A stretch of DNA of 64,000 nucleotides from Clostridiaceae bacterium (GTDB taxonomy: Bacteria > Bacillota > Clostridia > Acetivibrionales > DULL01). The notes beneath the pieces are model-generated. The model searched no databases and was not told the origin of the DNA. It saw only the letters and a list, made by a program, of their open reading frames with translations. Both the position numbers and the translations under genes were made by a program. The stretch is from assembly GCA_012840395.1 (NCBI GenBank), contig DULL01000083.1, forward strand, positions 9,316-73,315. Direction: 5' to 3'. Shown here piece by piece: positions 9,040 to 17,993 of the stretch. The stretch's first letter is position 1. Each line of letters starts with the position of its first letter.

Positions 9040-10214
9040 ATATAGCAAAAATGATTTCTCCTGCAGTAAGAAATATCCCTCCATCTGGAATAAGAAAGTT
9101 TTTTGATCTTGTAAATGAAATGAAAGATGCAATATCTTTAAGCATTGGGGAACCAGACTTCATAACTCCCTGGAGCATAAGGGAAGCAGGGATATATTCT
9201 CTTGAGAAAGGTCGTACCCACTATTCTCCTAATGCAGGATTTAAAGAGCTTAGAGAAGAAATATCAAAATATGTGGAAAGAAAATATAATGTAAGCTACA
9301 GTCCAAAGGATCAGATAATTGTTACTGTAGGAGGAAGTGAAGCTATTGACATAGCTTTAAGATCCCTTGTAGGTGCCGGAGACGAAGTCATTATTCCGGA
9401 GCCCAGCTTTGTTGCATATAAGCCTTGTACCATGTTTACAGGAGCAACACCGGTAATTGTTAATCTTAGGATGGAAGATAATTTTAAACTGACTCCAGAG
9501 CTTCTGGAAAATGCCATTACGAGCAGAACTAAGGTACTTATATTACCATTTCCCAATAACCCTACAGGTGCAATAATGAACAGGGATGATCTTGCAAAAA
9601 TAGTGGAAGTGCTAAAAAACAGGGATATTATAGTACTTTCTGATGAAATATATTCTGAGTTGACATATGAAGGAAGGCATGTTTCAATTGCAAACTTTCC
9701 TGAGATGAAAGAGAAAACTCTCTTAATCAATGGTTTCTCAAAAGCTTTTGCCATGACTGGATGGAGGCTTGGATATGCCTGCGGTCATCCTGATCTTATA
9801 GCAGCCATGTATAAAGTACACCAGTATGCCATAATGTGCTCACCAACAACTGCCCAATATGCAGCCATAGAAGCTCTCCGGGGCAGTGATGGCGATGTGG
9901 ATTATATGGTAAGGGAATACAACAGAAGAAGACGGGTAATGGTAGACGGCTTTAGAAAAGCAGGTTTGGAGTGCTTTGAACCTTTGGGTGCTTTTTATGT
10001 ATTCCCATGTATTACTTCAACAGGTTTAACCTCCAATGAGTTTGCAGAAAGATTGCTGAAAGAGGAGAAAGTTGCAGTAATTCCGGGCAATGCTTTCGGA
10101 GATTCGGGAGAAGGGTATATAAGGGCTTGTTACGCATATTCCATAGAAAATATTTTTGAGGCTATGAAGAGAATACAGAATTTTGTAGGAAGGTTAAAAG
10201 AAGAACGTAAATAA
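9036..10214 (+). CDS. Class I/II PLP-dependent aminotransferase (AlaT/AspC/PatA-like)
   Basis: 392 aa with SGIRKFFDL, SIGEPDF, NPTG and the SKAFAMTGWRLGY lysine motif. The pairing with an Lrp-type regulator resembles B. subtilis alaR-alaT. Confidence 0.85.
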   Translation: MNIAKMISPAVRNIPPSGIRKFFDLVNEMKDAISLSIGEPDFITPWSIREAGIYSLEKGRTHYSPNAGFKELREEISKYVERKYNVSYSPKDQIIVTVGGSEAIDIALRSLVGAGDEVIIPEPSFVAYKPCTMFTGATPVIVNLRMEDNFKLTPELLENAITSRTKVLILPFPNNPTGAIMNRDDLAKIVEVLKNRDIIVLSDEIYSELTYEGRHVSIANFPEMKEKTLLINGFSKAFAMTGWRLGYACGHPDLIAAMYKVHQYAIMCSPTTAQYAAIEALRGSDGDVDYMVREYNRRRRVMVDGFRKAGLECFEPLGAFYVFPCITSTGLTSNEFAERLLKEEKVAVIPGNAFGDSGEGYIRACYAYSIENIFEAMKRIQNFVGRLKEERK

Positions 10215-10298
10215 TATTAACTGGCACATGGAATTAAATTATTATATAATATCTCATACATCAATATGTGATACTTGTTTTAATTGGGAGATGATAAT

Positions 10299-11403
10299 AT
10301 GCTGGAACTTGAGCAATTCAGATTGGAAATTGAAGGGTTGAAAGATGATATATACAAATTGAGGGATTCTCTTTGACATCCCAAAACTGGAAAAACAGAT
10401 TGAAGAGCTCGAACATAAAGCAGGAGAGCCCGACTTTTGGAATGATATTGAAAATTCACAGAAAATTCTGCAAAAAATGAAAAACCTGAAAACCAAAGTT
10501 GAGAGATATCAGAAGCTTGTAACTGAATGGGAAGATTTGAAGGTATTGAATGAATTGGGGATAGAAGAGCAGGATTCTTCTATGATAGCTGAAGTAGGAG
10601 ATGCTCTTGCAAAGTTAAAAAAGAATATTGAAGATTTAAAGTTGGAAACTCTCCTGAATGGGCAATATGATAAAAATAATGCCATATTGACCCTTCATGC
10701 AGGGGCAGGAGGCACTGAAGCCTGTGACTGGGTTCAAATGCTCCTTAGGATGTATACTCGTTGGGCAGAGTCTAAAAATTATACCGTAAAAACCCTGGAT
10801 ATTCTTCCTGGCGAGGAGGCTGGAATAAAAAGTGTAACAATTCATGTTATAGGGGAGAATGCCTATGGATATCTTAAAAGCGAGAAAGGGGTCCACAGGC
10901 TGGTAAGAATATCACCCTTTGACGCATCGGGAAGGAGGCATACTTCTTTTGCATCCCTTGATGTAATGCCGGAGCTTGATGAAACTATAGAAGTTGAGAT
11001 AAATCCTGACGATTTGCGTATTGATACTTACCGCTCAAGCGGTGCAGGAGGTCAGCATGTAAACAAGACTGACTCTGCCGTCAGGATAACTCATATACCA
11101 ACTGGTATAGTGGTGTCTTGTCAGACTGAAAGATCCCAGCATCAAAACAGGGAAACTGCAATGAAGATGTTGAAAAGCAAGTTGTATGAACTTAAAGAAA
11201 GAGAACAAAAAGAAAAAATTGAAGATCTTAAAGGAATTCAAATGGACATTGCCTGGGGCAGCCAGATAAGATCATATGTATTCTGCCCATATACACTTGT
11301 GAAGGACCATCGAACCAATTACGAAGAAGGTAACATAAATGCGGTAATGGATGGAGAAATTGATGGTTTTATAAATGCCTACCTGTCAAGTTTCAAGGAG
11401 TAG
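10299..11403 (+). CDS. prfB: Peptide chain release factor 2, expressed through a programmed +1 frameshift
   Basis: Frame 0 runs from ATG 10299 to CTT TGA C at 10371-10377. The +1 frame continues (DIPKLEKQIEELE...) into ORF 10477..11403, which carries SPF and GGQHVNK motifs. The SD-like GAGGGA lies upstream of the slip site. Confidence 0.95.
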
Positions 11404-11410
11404 AAGATTC

Positions 11411-11464
11411 AGAGGGACGGTTCTTCTGCTTCCGGCAAAACGGAAGCAGAAGAACCGTCCCTCT
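11411..11464. terminator. Perfect 24-bp hairpin (bidirectional terminator) built from the GGGAC-core repeat
   Basis: AGAGGGACGGTTCTTCTGCTTCCG (11411-11434), loop GCAAAA, then its exact reverse complement (11441-11464). It sits between the convergent prfB and the 763-aa gene. Confidence 0.8.
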
Positions 11465-11472
11465 GCTTTCTG

Positions 11473-13764
11473 TCACACCCTCATAGACCACAGATTGATA
11501 AGGTCCACGTTTTTTTCTGAAAAATTATATTTTAGTTTTACTTTGACTATTTTAAAAGAGCCGTCTAGTTTTGAAGTCAGAAATACCAATATTTCAAATT
11601 GATTTGAATCGCTGATATAATAATTTAATAAATCATAGGTTCCATTATCTGAATAGATTTTCTTAATGTTTTCAATAATCTGATCTTTTGGGTGAATAGA
11701 AGTTATTTTTATATTACCATTCAACAAGTTGACTTCAATTCCAAAATAAGCTGTGATATTTTCAAATCTGGCATTAATAATTGTATAATACTTTGTATCA
11801 CTGCTGTTGGAAGGATTCGGACCCTCCAGGTATTCTTCCGAAGGGAGGCTTACTTCCACCTTGGTGTTAAAAAGCCGTTCAAGAAGTTTCTGACACTCTT
11901 CTTTAAGCATCAGGGAATAATTCTTTATATCACTTTCCAGAAGAGAATTGGCAGTCAGGTTCACCAGAGCGCTCATTACCTTATCTTCCAGTTTGCCTTC
12001 GTAAGACACATAATCGCTTGCTATAACAAATAATGAATATATTTTACCCTCTCTGACTAAATCTACTGCATAGCATAGTTTATTACGATTGGAGGAAACA
12101 TCAAGATAATTTACCAGTTTTATTAAATAAATCGTTTCATCTTTAGTATAATAATAGCTTGATAATAATTCACTTGGCATGTTCTGGTAAGGTGATTTGT
12201 AATTAATTACATTTTCACTTTTACCCACCTGCCTTATTCCCGCCAGGTACTGAAGAACCTGGAATTTATCAATATCCGAAGTAAAATCTCCTTCTGCGAT
12301 TATTATGCTTAAAGGTCCTGAAGACAAGGGATTTTCCAGTGTTAAAACTTCTTCGTTATCACCGTCTTTAAGAATTCTTTCTGAAAAATCCCTGGAGATG
12401 CTCCAGCTTTCAGGATATGAAATATAATATTTACCTTCCATATTAATATATTTGGACAGGTTGGTGCTTACATCAGCTTTTACAAAATCTCCAGGTGTAA
12501 TTTTCAGGGATGAAATTACTTTAATAAATTCATCCTTTATTTGGTCAGAGGGTTTTATGTATTTACTTTTTAATTCAAGAATAAATGTGCGGTTGCCTCT
12601 AACCGTATAGTAATCGTGTACATAAAAGACACCATCTTTTGTATCCAGTTCGTACCTGAAATAAAAATATTTGTTATCAGATATTTCCGCTCTGCCTTTT
12701 TCTATTATTCTTATTTTATCGCCATATAACTTTTGAATGGAATCTATTATTTCCTCCCCGGAAGAGTAATTTTCAATTGCATTACGGACTGTTATGGAAA
12801 AATAGTGGTTACTGCCCATTTTAAAACTTCTGTAATCATATAAATCTATAATTGCATTTTTCATGTATGGCATAAACCATGAAGGGTAACTAATGGAATA
12901 TCCTGCTTGTTCATTTTTCAGAGTGTTAAGGGGTACCTCTGTTCCGAAAGTATTTGGGTATATACCAGTATTGGCAAGACTTACGGCATTTATATCTTTA
13001 AAAACCGTTAAGGGTTTTTTCTGAGGGGAAAGTCCACGTATATATAAAGAGCATAATAAGTCTGACATATTTGTAAGAGTTTTCATATTAAGGTTGCCTT
13101 TACTTAAAGTAAAATTAACTGAATATATGGTTTTATTTGAGGGAGCGGGAATGGTGATGTCAATATGTGTTTCTTCCCATTCCTGAGTTTTGTTTGACCG
13201 TAGTGTATTATACAGTTTAATATTCCCATTCTGACCAAAGACTTTCTCTTTATATTCGGCAAAAACTTTCATGGCTAAATCGCAGCCGGTGTCCCTTTCT
13301 CCATATAAAAATCCTATGTTGTAATATTCCTTCATAGAGGTGAAAAGATTATTTTTTAAATCTATAAATTTATTGAATATGTCATCTTCTGTAGTAAGCT
13401 TATTTCCATAATAATCTTTTATGCTTTTGCTTAAGGTGCTATCTAGTCTATCTTGAATTATATTTGCAGTAAAGGTGTTTTCCTTATCCCGTATATATAA
13501 CATGCCATCTTTTTCGGATATTTCGAGATTAATAATCATATAGGGCATAAGAACTATCTCATCGTAAATGTAGATTTCTCCCTGGCCAATCATGGTTGGT
13601 TTCCCTGAGGAATAAACTATGGAAGATGTCAGAAGCAGAGTAAGTGAAAAAACAGTAAGAAGGGTATACTTAATTGCATTTTTGAACCTTCTGCCATTCA
13701 TGATTTTAAAGTTATTGATATTATTTTTATACGATACCTTTCTAAACCCAAAAATATTTCTCAT
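11473..13764 (-). CDS. Large secreted or membrane-anchored hypothetical protein with tandem internal modules
   Basis: 763 aa ORF. It has an N-terminal signal/anchor (KNAIKYTLLTVFSLTLLLTSSIVYS; ATG 13701 is an alternative start). Two modules open with YSISYPSW and YYISYPESW. No enzymatic motif recognised. Confidence 0.7.
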   Translation of the reverse strand: MRNIFGFRKVSYKNNINNFKIMNGRRFKNAIKYTLLTVFSLTLLLTSSIVYSSGKPTMIGQGEIYIYDEIVLMPYMIINLEISEKDGMLYIRDKENTFTANIIQDRLDSTLSKSIKDYYGNKLTTEDDIFNKFIDLKNNLFTSMKEYYNIGFLYGERDTGCDLAMKVFAEYKEKVFGQNGNIKLYNTLRSNKTQEWEETHIDITIPAPSNKTIYSVNFTLSKGNLNMKTLTNMSDLLCSLYIRGLSPQKKPLTVFKDINAVSLANTGIYPNTFGTEVPLNTLKNEQAGYSISYPSWFMPYMKNAIIDLYDYRSFKMGSNHYFSITVRNAIENYSSGEEIIDSIQKLYGDKIRIIEKGRAEISDNKYFYFRYELDTKDGVFYVHDYYTVRGNRTFILELKSKYIKPSDQIKDEFIKVISSLKITPGDFVKADVSTNLSKYINMEGKYYISYPESWSISRDFSERILKDGDNEEVLTLENPLSSGPLSIIIAEGDFTSDIDKFQVLQYLAGIRQVGKSENVINYKSPYQNMPSELLSSYYYTKDETIYLIKLVNYLDVSSNRNKLCYAVDLVREGKIYSLFVIASDYVSYEGKLEDKVMSALVNLTANSLLESDIKNYSLMLKEECQKLLERLFNTKVEVSLPSEEYLEGPNPSNSSDTKYYTIINARFENITAYFGIEVNLLNGNIKITSIHPKDQIIENIKKIYSDNGTYDLLNYYISDSNQFEILVFLTSKLDGSFKIVKVKLKYNFSEKNVDLINLWSMRV

Positions 13765-14071
13765 TTTTCTAAACTTTATTATCCTGTAAAATAAATATTG
13801 TTAAAAATAAAAATAACAACCCCGTTCGGTGGCATATTGCAGCAGTTTTAGTATATTTAACGAAGCGAGTTTGTTAGTATTAAGCATAAGTATTATAAGT
13901 ATTATGTAAGTAATTCAGTATTGCTTAAGAAATATGATAACAGAAGTATGGCCTGGTAACAATATTTGATACAGAGTTGTAAAAAAAGTGAAACATCTGC
14001 TTCACAATTATGATAATATTATTAGTATTATCAGGTTAAAGTTAATGAAAAAATATATAGTGAATTAGATT

Positions 14072-15019
14072 ATGATGAGACTGTACTATAAGTTTTCTGA
14101 CTTTTTAAAAAATAGATATGGAGCAAAGGTGTACAAGCTGCCGGTGAATATTCCGGTTTCCTGTCCCAACAGGGATGGAAAGCTGGGAAGAGGTGGATGT
14201 ATTTTTTGCGGAGAAGAAGGAGCAGGGTTTGAAAACCTGTCTTGCAACCTAAGTGTAACCAGGCAGCTTGAAATTAATTCTGAATATATAGGTAAAAGAT
14301 ATGGGAGCGGAAAGTATATTGCGTACTTTCAGAATTACTCCAATACATATCTTCCCTACCAACAATTTAAAAAATATATAATGGAAGCATGTATAGAAGG
14401 AATAGCAGCCATATACATATCTACCAGGCCTGATTGTGTTAATGAAACCTATATTGAGTTCCTTGAGGAGTTATCCGGAGACAAGGGCATTGATATAGTT
14501 CTTGAAATAGGACTCCAAACAGTCAATTACCATACTCTGGAAAAACTCAACAGGAAGCATGGGCTTGCTGAGTTCATAGATGCGGCAATTCGGATAAAGA
14601 AACATAATTTGGGTGTATGTGCCCATTATATTATCGATTTACCCATGGATGATATGGATGATGTAATAGAAGGTGCAAAAATACTTTCAGCCCTGGGGGT
14701 GGATCAGGTTAAATGCCATTCCATGTATATTCTTGAAGGGACTCCAATGGGAGAAATGTATAAAACAGGTGAAATACAGCCGGTTACCCTTGAGGAGTAT
14801 CTGGAAAGAATTATACTATTTATGGAATATCTTGATCCTGGCATTGTTATTCAAAGATTGGTTGGACGTGCGCCTGCTGACAGAACTCTTTTCTGCAACT
14901 GGGGACTGAGCTGGTGGAGAATAGTTGATTTAATTGAAGAAAAAATGAAAAAAGAAATGAGATTTCAAGGTAAAAAATTTAATTATCTGAATGGAGGTAG
15001 AGTTACTATTGAAGAATGA
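14072..15019 (+). CDS. Radical SAM protein, TIGR01212 (YhcC-like) family
   Basis: N-terminal [31 protein letters not shown] is characteristic of this family. Confidence 0.85.
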   Translation: MMRLYYKFSDFLKNRYGAKVYKLPVNIPVSCPNRDGKLGRGGCIFCGEEGAGFENLSCNLSVTRQLEINSEYIGKRYGSGKYIAYFQNYSNTYLPYQQFKKYIMEACIEGIAAIYISTRPDCVNETYIEFLEELSGDKGIDIVLEIGLQTVNYHTLEKLNRKHGLAEFIDAAIRIKKHNLGVCAHYIIDLPMDDMDDVIEGAKILSALGVDQVKCHSMYILEGTPMGEMYKTGEIQPVTLEEYLERIILFMEYLDPGIVIQRLVGRAPADRTLFCNWGLSWWRIVDLIEEKMKKEMRFQGKKFNYLNGGRVTIEE

Positions 15020-16292
15020 AAAAATAATAGTTTTAAATTTTGGAGTAAATTATTCACAATTATTAGGAAGAAGAATACGTGAAGCTAATGTTTATTGTGA
15101 AATACTGCCATACAGTACACCGGTGGAAAAAATACTGTCGCAGGAGCCTAAAGGTTTAGTATTGGCATGTCCTCCGGAGTCAGAACTTGGAGAAAAAGCC
15201 ACTGAACAGAAGAAAAAAGTTCTTGCCCTTAATATACCTGTATTAGATGATGCAAGACTTAATAAAGATACCTTTGATATACAGGAAGGAAGGGAAATAA
15301 TAAAGGATTTTCTGTTCAATAAATGCAATTGCACCGGCGACTGGGAAATGTCCTCCTTTGTTGAAGAGTCTGTTAAAAAGATTAAAGAAAAGGCAGAAGG
15401 CAAAAAGGTTTTATGCGCACTATCCGGAGGCGTGGATTCATCGGTGTCGGCAGTCATGGTACATAAAGCCATTGGGAAAAACCTTACCTGTATCTTTGTT
15501 GATCACGGACTTCTCAGGAAAAACGAGGCAGATCAGGTAGAAAGGATATTCAGGGAAAAATTTGATTTGAATATTATCAGGATTGATGCTCAGGACAGGT
15601 TTCTTGCAAAGCTTGCCGGCGTTACTGATCCGGAAAAGAAGAGAAAAATAATAGGTGAGGAATTCATAAGAGTTTTTGAAGAGGAGGCAAAAAAGATCGG
15701 GGCGGTAGATTTTCTTGTACAGGGTACAATATATCCTGATGTCCTGGAGAGTGCCGATGCAGAAGGGAAAATGGTTAAAAGTCACCATAACGTGGGTGGA
15801 TTGCCGGAAAATATTGAATTTAAAGAAATATTGGAGCCTTTAAGACTACTATTTAAGGATGAAGTACGTAAAGCAGGATTGGTACTCGGACTGCCTGAAG
15901 AATTAGTATGGCGTCAGCCTTTCCCGGGCCCCGGCCTTGCTGTCAGAGTGATTGGAGAAGTGAATAAGGAAAAGCTTGATATACTTAGAGATGCAGACTA
16001 TATTTTCAGAGAGGAAATTGCCCGGGTGGGGCTTGATAAAGAGTACAGCCAGTACTTTGCCATATTGACCGGTATGAAAAGCACAGGGGTGAGGGATGAA
16101 TCCAGAACCTATGAGTATACCGTAGCTCTACGGGCTGTAATAACCAAGGATTTTATGACTGCAGAGTGGGCTAGAATACCCTACGACGTACTGGACAATG
16201 TTTCAAGACGCATAGTTAAGGAAGTGGGACAGGTCAACAGGGTGGTATATGATGTAACAAGCAAGCCGCCTGCAACAATTGAGTGGGAGTAA
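14991..16292 (+). CDS. guaA: GMP synthase-like protein: intact ATP-pyrophosphatase and dimerisation domains, vestigial glutamine amidotransferase domain
   Basis: SGGVDSS P-loop, [10 protein letters not shown], and C-terminal [16 protein letters not shown]. The N-terminal part is only about 110 aa and reads IPVLDDARL where GuaA has IPVLGICYGMQ. It overlaps the upstream gene by 29 nt. Confidence 0.85.
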   Translation: MEVELLLKNEKIIVLNFGVNYSQLLGRRIREANVYCEILPYSTPVEKILSQEPKGLVLACPPESELGEKATEQKKKVLALNIPVLDDARLNKDTFDIQEGREIIKDFLFNKCNCTGDWEMSSFVEESVKKIKEKAEGKKVLCALSGGVDSSVSAVMVHKAIGKNLTCIFVDHGLLRKNEADQVERIFREKFDLNIIRIDAQDRFLAKLAGVTDPEKKRKIIGEEFIRVFEEEAKKIGAVDFLVQGTIYPDVLESADAEGKMVKSHHNVGGLPENIEFKEILEPLRLLFKDEVRKAGLVLGLPEELVWRQPFPGPGLAVRVIGEVNKEKLDILRDADYIFREEIARVGLDKEYSQYFAILTGMKSTGVRDESRTYEYTVALRAVITKDFMTAEWARIPYDVLDNVSRRIVKEVGQVNRVVYDVTSKPPATIEWE

Positions 16293-16465
16293 GGAAGGTC
16301 ATCTAGAGTAACAGGGTTTTCAAGTGCTAAGGAGATATATCATTATCCGTAAATATATTTATCATACAGTATTTGAAACAGAAAAACAGGCTGCTGAATT
16401 AATCAGGTGCCAATACTAAAAACAGGTAGAGGCTAAGGAATACAGTGTGAAAATCTGGAAGATTT

Positions 16466-17484
16466 ATGATTACACTCTCCAACATCAATAAGACTTTCCG
16501 GGTGGCCAGACGGCGAGCAGGGTTCGGACGAGCGGTAAAGGCTTTATTTTCGCGTGAATATGAGCTTGTTCATGCCTTAAATGATGTCAGCTTTACAATA
16601 AATGACGGAGAAATGGTTGGATATATTGGTCCCAATGGTGCGGGGAAAAGTACTACTATCAAAATTATGTGTGGAATCTTAACACCGGATAGCGGCGTGT
16701 GCAATATTAATGGGCGCGTCCCCTGGCGGGATCGCATTGCCCATGTCCGGGAAATCGGTGTTGTTTTCGGCCAACGCAGTCAGCTTTGGTGGGATGTTCC
16801 CGTTATCGACAGCTTTGAACTAATACGCGATATATATAGATCTGATGAAAAAACTTATAAAAAAAGTCTTGATGAATTAACTATGCTTCTTGACTTAAGT
16901 GAGTTGCTTAAGATACCGGCTCGGAGCCTAAGTCTGGGACAGCGTATGCGTTGTGAAATTGCTGCATCACTCCTGCATAACCCCAAAATTTTATTTTTGG
17001 ATGAACCTACATATTTCAGATCCTTGTGTCAAAGTTGGATCTCACACGGTTTGGCAGGTTATTTCAGGCTATCCTTGTATTCTGCTATGCAATTCCGAAT
17101 AGTGGAATTATATGGACCTGGGATAAAATTTTAACGCTTTTCTTAATGGTTAGCTGCGGCAGCTTGATTTTTTTCGGGCTGTTTCTCATATATGCGGCGT
17201 TCTCGTTCTTTACAACCGAGGGCCTGGAATTTATGAATATCTTTATAGACGGCGGCCGGGAGTTTGGGCGTTATCCGTTTTCAATATATGGGGAAAAAAT
17301 CCTTATGTTTCTTACTTATATAATTCCTTTGGCACTATTTCAGTATTATCCGCTTCTGTATTTGATAGATAGGGAACAAAGCATAATATTCATGTTTACT
17401 CCATTAATCGGCCTGCTGTTTTTAATACCAAGCTATGCCTTCTTCCGCTTTGGGCTGAGGCGGTATAAATCAACGGGATCATGA
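16466..17484 (+). pseudogene. Decayed ABC transporter: the ATPase is truncated after Walker B and fused or abutted to the C-terminal half of an ABC-2 (DUF990-like) permease
   Basis: Walker A GPNGAGKST, signature LSLGQRMR and Walker B ILFLDEPT are present. Recognisable ATPase sequence then stops at about 17010. A second frame (17026..17484) encodes only the distal permease half (GRYPFSIYGEKILMFLTYIIPLALFQYYPLLYL). The region is visibly GC-richer than its flanks. Confidence 0.75.
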
Positions 17485-17648
17485 TTGACGCCTCTGATTG
17501 TTGATATGGTTTCCGCTGCGATTACACCCATGATAAACAGCATCGCAGTCCCCAAAAGTATTGTGTTTCCCAAAAACGATATTTTTTTAAAGGCATCTTG
17601 ATATTGATATGGATAAATGTTAAAATATGAACGAAAAATTTAATAGTT

Positions 17649-17717
17649 ACCAATATAATTTTGGCAATATGGGCCGGAAGTTTCTACCGAACAACCGTAA
17701 ATTGTTCGACTATTGGT
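17649..17717 (+). promoter_or_regulatory. Purine riboswitch aptamer, guanine/hypoxanthine class
   Basis: ACCAATATAATTTTGGCAATATGGGCCGGAAGTTTCTACCGAACAACCGTAAATTGTTCGACTATTGGT. The P1 stem is ACCAATA/TATTGGT. The conserved TATAAT..ATATGG..GTTTCTACC..CCGTAAA..GACTA blocks are present. C in GACTAT is the guanine-type discriminator. Confidence 0.95.
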
Positions 17718-17798
17718 TATGCCTGTATGTATTCTGCGGTATGAGAGTTATTAAGGCAAAATACACTCAAGTACCTTTAAAATTACAGGGATAATTAG

Positions 17799-17825
17799 CG
17801 ATTGGTGGAAACCCAATCGTTTTTT
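17799..17825 (+). terminator. Riboswitch expression-platform terminator
   Basis: CGATTGG (17799-17805), loop TGGAAAC, CCAATCG (17813-17819), then TTTTTT. Confidence 0.7.
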
Positions 17826-17993
17826 ACATTTTACAAGACTGTTTTTCATGGAAAATATTTGGTAGAGGTTTTCAATCCACTGATGGATAAGATGGAAATT
17901 ACTACGGTAAAGGTGGTCAAAGCCGGTGAAAACTTTTACATTTCAAGTAAAAGTGAGTAATCTGCTAAAAAATATTAAATGGAGGTTAAAATA

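Noticed and set aside
11375-11602. 75-aa plus-strand ORF spanning the prfB terminator
   Set aside because: It runs through the 24-bp palindrome and is antisense to the 3' end of the 763-aa gene. It has no RBS or start context.
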